Source: Parvibaculaceae bacterium (GTDB taxonomy: Bacteria > Pseudomonadota > Alphaproteobacteria > Parvibaculales > Parvibaculaceae). From it: DNA of 64,000 bases. The notes under the pieces are model-generated. The model was not told the origin of the DNA, did not search any database, and saw only the letters and a program-made list of their open reading frames with translations. Location of the stretch: the NCBI GenBank assembly GCA_965248405.1, contig OZ252104.1, positions 992,738 to 1,056,737 on the forward strand. The letters run 5' to 3'. Positions 27,815 to 38,699 of this stretch are shown piece after piece; the stretch's first letter is position 1, and each line of letters starts with the position of its first letter. The translations under genes were made by a program, and so were the position numbers.

Positions 27815-29215
27815 ATGCCAGACGGCAGCGCATCGAAAAACTGGTCCCCTTCGAGCTGGAGAGAGAAGCCTATTCTCCAGGTCCCGACCTATCCGGATGC
27901 CGCTGTGGTTTCGGACGTAGAGGCGACCCTTGCCAAGTCCCCACCGCTCGTTTTTGCAGGGGAAGCCCGGAACCTGAAGAAGGATCTGGCGGAAGTCTGC
28001 GAAGGCCGCGCATTCCTTTTGCAGGGTGGCGATTGTGCGGAGAGTTTCGCCGAATTCCACCCAGACAACATTCGCGACACATTTCGTGTTCTGCTGCAGA
28101 TGGCGGTTGTGCTGACCTATGCGGCAGCGGTGCCGGTCGTGAAGGTTGGCCGAATCGCCGGTCAATTCGCGAAACCCCGCTCATCTGACACGGAAACTGT
28201 CGGCGATGTGACGCTGCCGAGCTACCGCGGCGACATCATTAACGGCATCGAATTCACCGAAGAAGCTCGTGTGCCTGACCCTCGGCGTCAGTTGCAGGCC
28301 TACAGCCAGTCAGCAGCAGCGCTCAACCTGATTCGTGCGTTTGCAACGGGCGGCTACGCCGACCTGGACTATGTCCATCGCTGGACGCTTGGTTTTGTGG
28401 GCGAGGGTGAAGGTAAGAAGCGCTATGAAGGTGTGGCAAACCGCATCACAGAAGCACTCGACTTCATGCGCGCCTGTGGCATTGACGCAGACACGGTGCC
28501 GCAGCTTCAGACAACGTCATTCTACACCAGCCACGAAGCTTTGCTGTTGGGCTATGAGCAAGCCATGACCCGTGTCGACTCCACGTCGGGCGATTGGTAC
28601 GACACGTCAGCGCATATGCTCTGGATTGGGGACCGGACCCGCCAGGCAGACCATGCCCACATTGAATTCTGCCGCGGTGTGAAGAACCCGATTGGCATGA
28701 AGTGCGGCCCGTCCATGGAGCCTGATGACTTGCTGCGGCTCATTGATGCGTTGAACCCGGACAATGAGTCCGGTCGCTTGACCCTCATCTGTCGCTTTGG
28801 CGCGGAGAATGTTGAGAAGCATCTGCCGACACTCATCCAGGCAGTCGAAAAGGAAGGCCGGAAGGTTGTCTGGTCCTGTGACCCGATGCACGGCAACACG
28901 ATCAAAGCTTCAACAGGCTACAAAACGCGTCCTGTCGACCGGGTTCTGGCGGAAGTGCAGCAGTTCATGAGTGTGCACCGCGATCTGGGTACGCATGCGG
29001 GCGGCGTTCACTTTGAAATGACCGGTCAGAATGTGACCGAATGTCTGGGCGGTGCGCAGGCTATCGGTGAGGAAGATCTGTCGGATCGCTACCACACCCA
29101 TTGCGACCCGCGCCTCAATGCCAGTCAATCTCTGGAGCTCGCCTTCCTCATTGCCGAAGGGCTGAAGAAAGAACGTGACAGCCGCGCACCGGAAACGAAT
29201 GTTGTTTCCATCTGA
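27815..29215 (+). CDS. class II 3-deoxy-7-phosphoheptulonate (DAHP) synthase
   Basis: 466 aa. [10 protein letters not shown]...QGGDCAESF...[11 protein letters not shown]...[10 protein letters not shown] are hallmark class II (plant-like) DAHP synthase motifs. Confidence 0.9.
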   Translation: MPDGSASKNWSPSSWREKPILQVPTYPDAAVVSDVEATLAKSPPLVFAGEARNLKKDLAEVCEGRAFLLQGGDCAESFAEFHPDNIRDTFRVLLQMAVVLTYAAAVPVVKVGRIAGQFAKPRSSDTETVGDVTLPSYRGDIINGIEFTEEARVPDPRRQLQAYSQSAAALNLIRAFATGGYADLDYVHRWTLGFVGEGEGKKRYEGVANRITEALDFMRACGIDADTVPQLQTTSFYTSHEALLLGYEQAMTRVDSTSGDWYDTSAHMLWIGDRTRQADHAHIEFCRGVKNPIGMKCGPSMEPDDLLRLIDALNPDNESGRLTLICRFGAENVEKHLPTLIQAVEKEGRKVVWSCDPMHGNTIKASTGYKTRPVDRVLAEVQQFMSVHRDLGTHAGGVHFEMTGQNVTECLGGAQAIGEEDLSDRYHTHCDPRLNASQSLELAFLIAEGLKKERDSRAPETNVVSI

Positions 29216-29235
29216 TCCAGGATTACAGAACTAAG

Positions 29236-29271
29236 AAAAGCGGGCCCGGCACAGTCGAGGCCCGCTTTTTT
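29236..29271. terminator. bidirectional intrinsic terminator between convergent genes
   Basis: AAAAGCGGGCC-(12-nt loop)-GGCCCGCTTTTTT. A 7-bp GC stem is flanked by an A run and a T run. It lies between the stops at 29215 and 29273. Confidence 0.75.
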
Positions 29272-29272
29272 G

Positions 29273-30292
29273 TTAGCAGCAGCTGTTGCCTTGGTTCTCT
29301 TCGCCGAAGATCACGAATTGGCCCGCATAGGCGCCACTGCGAAGGCGGCTCGCTTCTTCGCCTTTGGCGGTGACCCGCGCGCCGCGTTCATACACCTGAC
29401 CGGTTTCATCGGTCACCTTTTCCCAGGGACCTGTGTAGATAACGTCGAGGTCTTCGTCATCGGCAGTTACGAGCGGTTTATGTGCCACATAGGTAGCAGA
29501 ACGATACTCAATTTCTTCAACGACCTGCCAAGGCGTCTGTTCAAGCTTGTCGAGTTTCACGCCGGCGAAGCCGGCTTGTGACAGGGCATCAGCAAAACCC
29601 CGTTCCGTCAGCGCACCGGAGATGCAACCACTCCAGAGTTCGGGGTCGTTTTTCAGGTGCGCAGGCGACTCTTTATCAGAGACGATATCTGAAATCGCGA
29701 TCCGGCCACCGGGTTTCAGCACACGGAATATCTCCCGAAACAATTGCGGCTTTTCCTGATCGGAGACCAGGTTCAAAACACAATTGGAAACCACAACATC
29801 GACGCTATCATCATCGATGAGCGGCTGTGTCTGACGGCTTGTCTCCAGATGCGCTTCAAGTTCCTTGTAGTCAGCGGCGGATTTGGCCGGGTGTGCCGCA
29901 AGCCAGTGGTCAAGTGCATCCAGGTCCGTTTTCAAATCCTGAATGCGGCCATGACGGAACTCGATATTGTCATATCCGAGCTTCGCCGCAACGGCGGGTT
30001 GGGCGCTGCGGGAGAGTTCAAGCATGTCGTCATTCATATCGACGCCGATGACTTTGCCTGCAGGCCCGACAATCTGAGCAGCGATGAAACAGATTTTGCC
30101 GCCGCCGGCACCAAGGTCGAGAACTGTTTCCCCAGACCGCACATAGGTGGACGGGTCACCACAGCCATAGTCTCTATCGAGAACTTCCTGGGGAATAATC
30201 TTGAGGTATTTCGGGTCATAGTCGACCGGGCAGCAGAGCGCCTCTTCCCGCTCGACTGCCGCTGCCGAGTACCGTTCTTTCACTGATTGCAT
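29273..30292 (-). CDS. ArsM-like SAM-dependent (arsenite) methyltransferase
   Basis: MQSVKERYSAAA...ALCCPVDYD...DYGCGDP...VLDLGAGGG (SAM motif I)...VVSNCVLNL...WSGCISGAL. The cysteine pattern and layout are typical of ArsM/AS3MT-like enzymes. Confidence 0.7.
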   Translation of the reverse strand: MQSVKERYSAAAVEREEALCCPVDYDPKYLKIIPQEVLDRDYGCGDPSTYVRSGETVLDLGAGGGKICFIAAQIVGPAGKVIGVDMNDDMLELSRSAQPAVAAKLGYDNIEFRHGRIQDLKTDLDALDHWLAAHPAKSAADYKELEAHLETSRQTQPLIDDDSVDVVVSNCVLNLVSDQEKPQLFREIFRVLKPGGRIAISDIVSDKESPAHLKNDPELWSGCISGALTERGFADALSQAGFAGVKLDKLEQTPWQVVEEIEYRSATYVAHKPLVTADDEDLDVIYTGPWEKVTDETGQVYERGARVTAKGEEASRLRSGAYAGQFVIFGEENQGNSCC

Positions 30293-30380
30293 GGTTCCAC
30301 CCGTGGCGTGAATGCGGGGTGACTCTTTCACAGACGGACACGAGGCGGTACTGAACCAAATTGACTTTTTCGTGAGGAAA

Positions 30381-31394
30381 TCAGCTCACCTTAACGAGAC
30401 GCCGTCCGAAGTTTTCACCTTCAAACAGACCGGCAAAGGCCGCAGGAGCCGTCTCTAGACCTTCGCTGATGTCTTCCGTGTAAATCAGCTTGCCCTGCAT
30501 AATCCAGCCGCCCATCTCTGCTTGGGCATCGCGGAACTGCTTGAAATAGTCAAACACGACCAGCCCTTCCATGCGCAGGCGATGGGTGATGAACCGAAGC
30601 ATGTTGCGGATGCCGCGGGGCTCCGGCCGGTTGTACTCCGACACCGCGCCGGAGATGATGATCCGCGCACGCTCATTGGTGTTGGCGATGGCCGCGTCCA
30701 GCATTTCACCGCCCACATTGTCGAAATAGATATCAACACCGTTGGGGCACGCGCCTTTGATGGCATCTTCCAGGTTCGCTACTTCCTTGTAGTTGATGCA
30801 GGCATCAAACCCGAGTTCGCCGGTCACATAGGCACATTTCTCTTTCGAGCCGGCAATACCGACAGTGCGGCAGCCCTTCATCTTTGCGATCTGACCCGCG
30901 GTCGCTCCGACCGGGCCCGCCGCGGACGAGATCAGAACCGTTTCGCCTTCCTTCGGCTGCCCCAGGTCCTGCAGTCCGAAATAGGAGGTGAGGCCAGGAA
31001 TGCCGAGAACACCGATAGCCGCTGTCACACGAAGCGGCCCCTGGAACATGGCGGCGTCGAGTTTCGCAAGACCCCGGCCGTTGGAGAGCGCATGGGACTG
31101 CCAGCCAAATCCACCGGTCACAAGATCGCCGACCGCAAACTTCTCATTGTTGGACTGGATGACTTCGCCAACCATGGCGCCTTCAATGACTTCACCGATC
31201 TGGAGGGCAGCCGCATAGCTATCGGCAGAGAGGCGCGAGCGCATACCTGGATCAATCGAGATATATTTCGCCTGGATCAGCAGTTCATGCTCGCCAGGAT
31301 CGGCAAGCTCCACTTCCTCCAATCGGAAATTCTCCGGAGCGGGTTTTCCATCTGGTCGGGATGCAAGCACCCAGCGGCGATTTGTCGTCGGCAC
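30381..31394 (-). CDS. NADP-dependent oxidoreductase, MDR superfamily (PTGR1/YncB/CurA-like), paralogue A
   Basis: 337 aa. GTG start with GGAGGA upstream. ISSAAGPVGATAGQIAK nucleotide-binding motif and a C-terminal GENFGRRLVKV. Confidence 0.85.
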   Translation of the reverse strand: MPTTNRRWVLASRPDGKPAPENFRLEEVELADPGEHELLIQAKYISIDPGMRSRLSADSYAAALQIGEVIEGAMVGEVIQSNNEKFAVGDLVTGGFGWQSHALSNGRGLAKLDAAMFQGPLRVTAAIGVLGIPGLTSYFGLQDLGQPKEGETVLISSAAGPVGATAGQIAKMKGCRTVGIAGSKEKCAYVTGELGFDACINYKEVANLEDAIKGACPNGVDIYFDNVGGEMLDAAIANTNERARIIISGAVSEYNRPEPRGIRNMLRFITHRLRMEGLVVFDYFKQFRDAQAEMGGWIMQGKLIYTEDISEGLETAPAAFAGLFEGENFGRRLVKVS

Positions 31395-31481
31395 AGTCTT
31401 AGTCCTCCAAAAAAGCAGCCCGGCAGCAGGTGCCGCCGGGCCTCAAGTTTTAGCAATCTGATTGGCGAAACGCCAGCGGCC

Positions 31482-32507
31482 TTATGTGGACGGATCGTCG
31501 CTGATCTTCACCAGCATCTTGCCGAAATTGGCGCCGGAGAATAGGTTGAGGAAAGCCTTAGGTGCATTCTCAATACCCTCTTCAACCGTCTGTTCAGTCT
31601 TCATCTGGCCAGAACTGATGAGCTTTGCCATCTCAGCATAGAAGTCTGGAATGATGTCGAGATGGTTGGAGACGATAAAGCCTTCCAGCTTCAGGCTCTT
31701 GCCCACAATCTGAATGAGATTGTTCGGGCCCGGACGCGGTTCGGTGTCATTGTACTGCTCGATCATGCCACAGAGCGCCGCCCGACCGAACGGGTTCATA
31801 TAATTGATGGCCGCCTGCAGGTGCGCGCCGCCCACATTTTCGAAATAAACATCAATGCCCTTAGGGAACGCATCGCGGACGGCGGCATCAAGATCACCGC
31901 AGGTCTTGTAGTTGATGGCCTTGTCAATGCCAGCGACTTCTTCAAGCCATTTGCATTTGTCGTCTGAGCCTGCTGAACCAACAACATAGCAGCCATGCGC
32001 CTTTGCAAGCTGACAGACGACAGCGCCCACAGCACCCGACGCTGCAGAGACGAATACGTTTTCGCCATCCTTAAGCCCGGCCACTTTGAAGAGGCCGGCA
32101 TAAGCCGTCATGCCCGGCATGCCGAGCGTACCAAGATTCGCTTCGATAGGGCCCATGGCGGGATCGATCTTGTTCACCATCGTGCCGTCGGTGACGTAAA
32201 ATTCGCGCCAGCCGTTCATGGAGTTCACATAGTCGCCAACGCCAAAACTCTCATTGTTGGATTCGATGACTTTGCCAATACAGCCACCGTCCATGGTCGC
32301 ACCAATCTGGAAGGGAGGCACATAGCTTTCCCGATCCATCATGCGGCCACGCATATAGGGGTCGACCGACATCCAGAGATTCTGAACGAGGAATTCGCCA
32401 GCACCTGGCGATGCCACGGGAACCTCTACAATCTGGAAGTCACTGTCCTTTGGTTCTCCTTCTGGCCGCGCCGCAAGCTGAACCTCTTTGCTTGTCATGT
32501 TTGACAT
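31482..32507 (-). CDS. NADP-dependent oxidoreductase, MDR superfamily (PTGR1/YncB/CurA-like), paralogue B
   Basis: 341 aa with VSAASGAVGAVVCQLAK and GANFGKMLVKI. AGGAGA RBS. Confidence 0.85.
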   Translation of the reverse strand: MSNMTSKEVQLAARPEGEPKDSDFQIVEVPVASPGAGEFLVQNLWMSVDPYMRGRMMDRESYVPPFQIGATMDGGCIGKVIESNNESFGVGDYVNSMNGWREFYVTDGTMVNKIDPAMGPIEANLGTLGMPGMTAYAGLFKVAGLKDGENVFVSAASGAVGAVVCQLAKAHGCYVVGSAGSDDKCKWLEEVAGIDKAINYKTCGDLDAAVRDAFPKGIDVYFENVGGAHLQAAINYMNPFGRAALCGMIEQYNDTEPRPGPNNLIQIVGKSLKLEGFIVSNHLDIIPDFYAEMAKLISSGQMKTEQTVEEGIENAPKAFLNLFSGANFGKMLVKISDDPST

Positions 32508-32558
32508 ACCTGTCTCCTGTTCGAGTTATGGTTGATTTTGAAATTGAATATTTGTCGA

Positions 32559-33572
32559 TCAGACGACTTTGACCATGCGCTTGCCGCGGTTCTCACCGGC
32601 AAGAAGACCGATCAAAGCAGCGGGCGTGTTTTCCAGCCCATCGATAACGTCTTCCTGAACTTTGATCTTGCCTTCGGCGACCCAGCCTTCCAGGTCCTTC
32701 AGCGCCTTTTCCCGCTCGTTCGGGAAATCGGACATGATGAAGCCGCGCAGATTAAGGCGCTTGGTCACGATCAGGCCGGGCACGCCACGCGGACCGGCAG
32801 AAGGTGGGGCGCCGTCATACTGAGAGACGGCACCGCAACAGGCGATGCGTCCAAAATTATTCATGCGAAAAAGGGCGGCTTCCAGAATGTCACCGCCAAC
32901 ATTATCGAAATAGACATCGATACCCTGTGGGGCGACGGCTTTAAGGGCTTTGAACACCGGCTCCGTTTTGTAGTTCACGGCTGCATCAAAGCCGAGCTCG
33001 TTTTTCAGCCATTGGCATTTTTCGTCGGAGCCCGCGATACCGATGACCGTGCAGTCGGGAACTGCCGCCTTGGCGATCTGCCCGACAAGCGTGCCTACGG
33101 ACCCGGCGGCGGCTGACACGAGAATGGTCTCGCCCGCTTTGGGTGTGGCGCAATGGAGCAGGCCAAAATAGGCCGTGAGCCCGGCCACACCGTAGACGCT
33201 GAGAAGGTGGGTTTTTGGTTCCATGGAAGGCACCTTTTGGGCGGCCTTTGCGGGAACCACGGCATAGTCCTGCCAACCCGTGTCCGCGAAGACCAGGTCA
33301 CCTTTGGCGAAGTCGGGCGCTTTGCTCTCGACAACCTCAGCAATCGCCCCGCCGGCCATCACCTGGCCTGATTCCACGGCGTCCCGGTACGTGGCACCCT
33401 GCATCCAGGCCCGATTGGCCGCATCCAGTGAAATATAGTGAGTTCGTACCAATAAAGTGCCGTCATCTGAGAGGCTCGGCACTGCCGCTTCGGACAACTT
33501 GAAATGTTCTGGGCCCAGCTTGCCCGTCGGTGTCTCAACCAGCAGGATCTGGCGGTTTGTCGCCTCTGCCAT
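32559..33572 (-). CDS. NADP-dependent oxidoreductase, MDR superfamily (PTGR1/YncB/CurA-like), paralogue C
   Basis: 337 aa from the ATG at 33572, preceded by GGGGAGA. VSAAAGSVGTLVGQIAK and GENRGKRMVKV. Confidence 0.85.
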   Translation of the reverse strand: MAEATNRQILLVETPTGKLGPEHFKLSEAAVPSLSDDGTLLVRTHYISLDAANRAWMQGATYRDAVESGQVMAGGAIAEVVESKAPDFAKGDLVFADTGWQDYAVVPAKAAQKVPSMEPKTHLLSVYGVAGLTAYFGLLHCATPKAGETILVSAAAGSVGTLVGQIAKAAVPDCTVIGIAGSDEKCQWLKNELGFDAAVNYKTEPVFKALKAVAPQGIDVYFDNVGGDILEAALFRMNNFGRIACCGAVSQYDGAPPSAGPRGVPGLIVTKRLNLRGFIMSDFPNEREKALKDLEGWVAEGKIKVQEDVIDGLENTPAALIGLLAGENRGKRMVKVV

Positions 33573-33751
33573 CTTGTTTCTCCCCATTTTCAATGTTTTG
33601 TTGCGGCCAGCATATAGCGGGGGCAGGGCGGATGCACCCTCTCTAAACCTCCATATCCCGTACGTAATTGCGTGGCCCTATTGTTCACGCACGAACAGCG
33701 AGCTAGAAACACGTTTCCAATCTGACAGAGAGTTGAGTCTTAAGTTCCTCC

Positions 33752-35413
33752 ATGACCGATCAGTTGAAAATAGCCCTCGCTCAGTTGAACCCCACCGTGG
33801 GGGATATCGCAGGCAATATGGCAAAAGCCCGGGCGGCGCGCGCCGAGGCTGCAGCCCAAGGTGCGGATCTGGTCATGTTTCCGGAACTCTTTTTGATCGG
33901 CTATCCACCGGAAGACCTGGTGCTGAAGCCCTCTTTCCAGAGCGCCGTGGATGAGGCCCTGGCGGAGCTTACGAAAGACACAAGCGATGGGGGACCGGCC
34001 TATCTGATCGGCGCGCCATCCCTTGAAGAAACCGGCCTACACAATTCCATGGTCCTGGTCGACGGCGGTGAGATCATCGGCAAGCGCCACAAGGTGCATC
34101 TGCCAAATTATGGCGTCTTCGACGAGCCCCGCGTATTTACTCCTGGCAGCATGCCTGGACCCCTTCCGTTCCGAGGCGTCCGCTTGGGTGTGCCCGTTTG
34201 CGAAGACATCTGGTTTGAAGATGTCACCGAGTGTCTGGAAGAGACCGGTGCGGAAATCCTGCTGGTGCCCAATGGTTCGCCCTTTGACACCGAAAAGCAT
34301 GATGCCCGCATGCAGCACTGTGTCGCACGGATCAACGAAACCGGATTGCCGCTTGTCTACCTCAATCAGATCGGCGGGCAGGACGAACTGGTATTCGACG
34401 GTGCTTCCTTTGTCCTGAACCGTGACCTCTCGCTGGCGTCGCAGATGCCAGCCTGGCGGGAATGCGTCACGATGATGACCTGGTCACGAGAAGGAGACGG
34501 CTGGGTATGTTCCAAGGAGGACATTGCGCAGATCCCGGACGGGGATGAAGCGATCTATAATGCCTGTGTATTGGGTCTCCGCGATTATGTCACCAAAAAC
34601 CGCTTCCCGGGCGTTGTGTTGGGTCTTTCCGGTGGTGTGGACTCTGCTATTTGCGCGGCCATGGCGGTGGATGCGCTGGGAGCTGACAAGGTTCACTGTG
34701 TCATGCTGCCTTACAAATACACAGCAGAAGAAAGCGTGAGTGACGCGGAACAATGCGCCGCGGCCCTTGGGGTGCGGTATGACAGCATTCCGATTGAAGG
34801 GCCAGTGAAGGGTTTTCTTGCCGCTCTGGACCCCATGTTCGCCAAGACCCAGTCCGACACGACAGAGGAAAATCTTCAGTCGCGGACGCGGGGCACGATC
34901 CTCATGGCGCTCTCTAACAAGTTCGGCAGCATGGTGGTGACCACAGGGAACAAGTCGGAAGTCTCCGTCGGCTACGCGACCCTCTATGGCGACATGAACG
35001 GCGGCTACAACCCAATCAAGGATCTATACAAGCTGCAGGTCTTTGCGCTGTGTCGCTGGCGGAATGCCAACAAGCCGGATATAGGACTCGGGCCAGAGGG
35101 AGAAGTGATCCCGGTCAACATCATCACCAAGCCCCCCTCGGCGGAGCTTCGCGAAGACCAGAAGGATGAGGATTCGCTACCACCTTATGAAGTGCTGGAC
35201 GATATTCTTGAATGTCTGGTCGAAAGGGAAATGCCGGTTGCGGAAATCGTTGAGCGGGGTCATGACCGCGACCTCGTGAAACGGATCGAACATCTTCTCT
35301 ATATCGCGGAATATAAGCGCCGTCAGGCGGCGCCGGGTGTGAAAATCACCTCCCGGAATTTCGGGCGCGATCGCCGCTACCCCATTACCAACGGTTATCG
35401 CGACGCGCGATAA
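33752..35413 (+). CDS. nadE: glutamine-dependent NAD+ synthetase
   Basis: 553 aa. An N-terminal nitrilase-like (CN hydrolase) domain (FPELFL...CEDIW) is followed by a C-terminal NAD synthetase domain ([10 protein letters not shown]-loop). Confidence 0.9.
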   Translation: MTDQLKIALAQLNPTVGDIAGNMAKARAARAEAAAQGADLVMFPELFLIGYPPEDLVLKPSFQSAVDEALAELTKDTSDGGPAYLIGAPSLEETGLHNSMVLVDGGEIIGKRHKVHLPNYGVFDEPRVFTPGSMPGPLPFRGVRLGVPVCEDIWFEDVTECLEETGAEILLVPNGSPFDTEKHDARMQHCVARINETGLPLVYLNQIGGQDELVFDGASFVLNRDLSLASQMPAWRECVTMMTWSREGDGWVCSKEDIAQIPDGDEAIYNACVLGLRDYVTKNRFPGVVLGLSGGVDSAICAAMAVDALGADKVHCVMLPYKYTAEESVSDAEQCAAALGVRYDSIPIEGPVKGFLAALDPMFAKTQSDTTEENLQSRTRGTILMALSNKFGSMVVTTGNKSEVSVGYATLYGDMNGGYNPIKDLYKLQVFALCRWRNANKPDIGLGPEGEVIPVNIITKPPSAELREDQKDEDSLPPYEVLDDILECLVEREMPVAEIVERGHDRDLVKRIEHLLYIAEYKRRQAAPGVKITSRNFGRDRRYPITNGYRDAR

Positions 35414-35421
35414 GGAAACTC

Positions 35422-36768
35422 ATGACTGCTTGTCTTAGATTTGCCCCGAGTCCCACCGGCACAATTCATGTCGGCAATGTGCGCACAGCCTTGTTCAATT
35501 GGCTTTTGGCGAAGAAAGAGGGCGGGACCTTCATTCTGCGGCTAGACGATACCGACACGGAACGCTCCACACAGGAATACGCAGACAAAATCGTTGCGGA
35601 CATGGCGTGGTTGGGTCTCACCCATGACAAGACCTTCCGGCAGTCGGACCGTTTTGATCGCTACGCCGAAGTGGTCGAGCAGCTTAAAGCGGACGGTCGT
35701 CTTTACCCCTGCTACGAAACACCGGAAGAGCTGGACCGTAAACGCAAGCGCCAGCTTGGCCGCAAACTCCCGCCAGTCTACGACCGCGCGGCACTCAATC
35801 TGACGGAGGACGAGAAAGCGGCCTACGAGGCAGAAGGGCGCCAACCTCACTGGCGCTTTAAATTGGATCCGGAAGTGATTGAGTTTGATGACCTGTTCTT
35901 AGGCACTGTCAAAGTCGACACAAAGAGCCTGTCCGATCCGATCCTGATCCGCGGCGACGGGTCTTACCTCTATACCCTGCCGAGTGTCGTCGATGATGTC
36001 GATATGGACATCACCCACATTGTACGTGGCGAGGACCATGTCACCAATACGGGTGCCCAAGTACAGGTGTTTCGCGCATTGGGCGCAGAACCTCCCATCT
36101 TTGGGCATCATTCGCTCTTGCTGAACGAAGACGGGCAGCCATTGTCGAAAAGGCTGCGGGGCGAATACTCAATCGAGGCGCTTCGGGAAGCAGGGTTTGA
36201 GCCGATGGCGGTGAACTCTTTCCTCGCTCGGTTGGGCACGTCTGACGCGGCTGTGCCGCGGAAAGAACTGGGCGAGCTGGCCACGGAGTTCGATCCAGGA
36301 GCGGTTGGGCGATCCGGTCATCGCTTCGACAAGCGAGAGTTGGAGCGCGTCAACGCCGCTCTGATGCACATAACACCCTTCGAGGCGGTGAAGGACCGTC
36401 TCGCCGAGCGGGATATTGGCGGTGGCGCGGAGTTTTGGGACGCGGTCCGCCCCAATCTGACGCTCTTTGACGGTGTCGCCGAGTGGTGGCATGTGGCCCA
36501 TGGACCCGTGGAGCCGGTCATTGAGACAGAGGACGCTGAGTTCATCACTGCTGCAGCGGTGGCACTGCCCGCTGAGCCCTGGGATGAAACCACCTGGAAG
36601 GCGTGGACAGGCACCCTCAAGCAAGAGACCGGCCGGAAGGGCAAGGGGCTCTTTATGCCGCTCCGCCTCGCCTTAACCGGTCTTCGCCATGGACCTGAGC
36701 TTGCAAACCTGCTACCTCTTCTCGGGCGCGAGCGGGCCCTAGCCCGTTTGGGCGGGCAAAAAGCCTGA
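35422..36768 (+). CDS. gltX: glutamate--tRNA ligase
   Basis: 448 aa. [22 protein letters not shown] is the HIGH-type motif and PLSKRL the KMSKS-like motif. AAGGAAA RBS. Confidence 0.9.
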   Translation: MTACLRFAPSPTGTIHVGNVRTALFNWLLAKKEGGTFILRLDDTDTERSTQEYADKIVADMAWLGLTHDKTFRQSDRFDRYAEVVEQLKADGRLYPCYETPEELDRKRKRQLGRKLPPVYDRAALNLTEDEKAAYEAEGRQPHWRFKLDPEVIEFDDLFLGTVKVDTKSLSDPILIRGDGSYLYTLPSVVDDVDMDITHIVRGEDHVTNTGAQVQVFRALGAEPPIFGHHSLLLNEDGQPLSKRLRGEYSIEALREAGFEPMAVNSFLARLGTSDAAVPRKELGELATEFDPGAVGRSGHRFDKRELERVNAALMHITPFEAVKDRLAERDIGGGAEFWDAVRPNLTLFDGVAEWWHVAHGPVEPVIETEDAEFITAAAVALPAEPWDETTWKAWTGTLKQETGRKGKGLFMPLRLALTGLRHGPELANLLPLLGRERALARLGGQKA

Positions 36769-36798
36769 AACTTGGTGCAAAACGACGAGACCGATCCG

Positions 36799-36849
36799 AT
36801 GAATGTCATCAGCGCGATCATTATTATGGGTCTGATTATCAGCGGCTAA
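36799..36849 (+). promoter_or_regulatory. candidate Ile-rich leader peptide ORF (MNVISAIIIMGLIISG) upstream of citramalate synthase
   Basis: ATG AAT GTC ATC AGC GCG ATC ATT ATT ATG GGT CTG ATT ATC AGC GGC TAA. Six of 16 codons are Ile, with three in a row and then two in a row. It lies 185 nt upstream of the cimA start. The RBS is weak, and I could not define a terminator or antiterminator pair. Confidence 0.4.
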
Positions 36850-37033
36850 TAGCATTGGCCGCCGCCGTTCGAGCACGTTTTCTTCAGAAATTCAGACGCA
36901 AAGAACCGGCCGGTGGCGACACAGGAGACACGGTTGGGCGGGCATGTGTCCGCAGAGCATTTTCAGCAAAAGTGCCAGATCGGACTTGGCGGTTTTGCGG
37001 TTCGAAAATGCGACCAGCAAATGGACGACGATT

Positions 37034-38677
37034 ATGAGCAAAGAACGGCTATATCTCTTTGACACGACGCTGCGCGATGGCGCGCAGACGCAGGGCGTAG
37101 ACTTTTCCGTCGAGGACAAGCGGCTCATTGCAGGTCTGCTCGACAAGCTGGGGCTCGACTATGTCGAGGGGGGATACCCTGGGGCGAACCCCACGGACAC
37201 CGACTTCTTCTCCAGCGATCCGGGGCTGAAACATGCGACCTTCACGGCGTTCGGCATGACCAAACGGGCAGGGCGCTCTGCGGACAATGATCCGGGACTT
37301 GCAGCGATCCTCGACAGTTCAGCATCCGCGGTTTGCCTGGTGGCAAAAAGCTGGGATTTTCATGTGGATGTGGCGCTGGGGATCACCAATGACGAAAATC
37401 TGGAGACCATCACCGACAGCGTGCGCGCCATCATTGCACGCGGTCGGGAGGCCATGATCGATTGCGAGCATTTTTTCGATGGGTACAAAGCGAACCCGGA
37501 CTATGCCCGAGCCTGCGTAAAAGCAGCGCTCGACGAGGGTGCGCGCTGGGCAATCCTGTGCGACACTAATGGTGGCACGCTCCCTCACGAGGTGGAGCAG
37601 ATCGTTACCGATCTCACAAAAGAGTTTCCCGGCGACCGGCTGGGTATCCATTGCCACAACGATACCGAGAATGCGGTGGCCAACACCCTTGCCGCCGTTC
37701 GTGCCGGGGTGCGGCAGGTGCAGGGCACACTGAACGGCCTCGGCGAGCGGTGCGGTAATGCAAACATGGTGTCGCTCATCCCGACTTTCCTTCTGAAGGA
37801 AGAATATGCCGATCGTTTCGAAATCGGCGTCTCGAAAGAGCAGCTCAAAGACCTGACACATGTGTCGCGCACATTGGACGAACTGCTCAACCGTGCGCCT
37901 CATCGGTACGCGCCCTATGTCGGCGAAAGTGCTTTCGCATCAAAGGCTGGCATCCATGTATCGGCGATCTTGAAAAACCCATCGACCTATGAACATGTGG
38001 AGCCGGAAAGCGTGGGCAACAAGCGCCACATCTCAGTCTCCGATCAATCGGGGCGGTCCAATGTTCTGGCCCAGTTTGAAGCGGCTGGCATTGACGTCGA
38101 CAGTAAAGACCCGCGCATCAACCGCCTGCTGGAAGAGGTGAAAGAGCGCGAATATCTTGGCTATTCCTATGATGGCGCGGAAGCTTCCTTCGAACTCCTG
38201 GCACGCCGCATGTTGGGGCAGGTCCCGGAATATTTCACGGTCAATTCGTTCCGCGTGCTGGTTGAGCGCCGGTACAATGCGCTGGGTGAATTGGTGACGG
38301 TATCAGAAGCGACAGCCAAAGTTGTGGTCGACGGGGAACAGTTCATCTCAGTGGGCGAGGGCAATGGTCCGATCAACGCTCTCGATGAAGCGCTGCGCAA
38401 AGATCTCGGTAAGTACCAGTCCTATATCGATGAAATCCGACTGGTTGACTTCAAGGTGCGGATCCTTACCGGTGGGACAGAGGCGGTTACCCGCGTGCTG
38501 ATCGAGAGCGCGGACGGAGACGGCAATCGTTGGTTCACCGTTGGCGTGTCGCCCAACATTGTTGATGCCTCTTTCCAGGCATTGACGGACAGCATCACCT
38601 ACAAACTTTTGCGGGATGGCGCGCCGGCACCTCTTGCGTCGGACAATCAGGCGACGTTGAAACAGCCCGGACGCTGA
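37034..38677 (+). CDS. cimA: (R)-citramalate synthase (LeuA/CimA family)
   Basis: 547 aa from the ATG at 37034. MSKERLYLFDTTLRDGAQTQGVDFSVEDK...YVEGGYPGANP and HCHNDTENAVANTLAA are present, plus a C-terminal LeuA-dimer-like regulatory domain. Length and N-terminus fit the CimA clade rather than canonical LeuA. Confidence 0.8.
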   Translation: MSKERLYLFDTTLRDGAQTQGVDFSVEDKRLIAGLLDKLGLDYVEGGYPGANPTDTDFFSSDPGLKHATFTAFGMTKRAGRSADNDPGLAAILDSSASAVCLVAKSWDFHVDVALGITNDENLETITDSVRAIIARGREAMIDCEHFFDGYKANPDYARACVKAALDEGARWAILCDTNGGTLPHEVEQIVTDLTKEFPGDRLGIHCHNDTENAVANTLAAVRAGVRQVQGTLNGLGERCGNANMVSLIPTFLLKEEYADRFEIGVSKEQLKDLTHVSRTLDELLNRAPHRYAPYVGESAFASKAGIHVSAILKNPSTYEHVEPESVGNKRHISVSDQSGRSNVLAQFEAAGIDVDSKDPRINRLLEEVKEREYLGYSYDGAEASFELLARRMLGQVPEYFTVNSFRVLVERRYNALGELVTVSEATAKVVVDGEQFISVGEGNGPINALDEALRKDLGKYQSYIDEIRLVDFKVRILTGGTEAVTRVLIESADGDGNRWFTVGVSPNIVDASFQALTDSITYKLLRDGAPAPLASDNQATLKQPGR

Positions 38678-38699
38678 ACGAACTCAGACGCAGTGCGCG

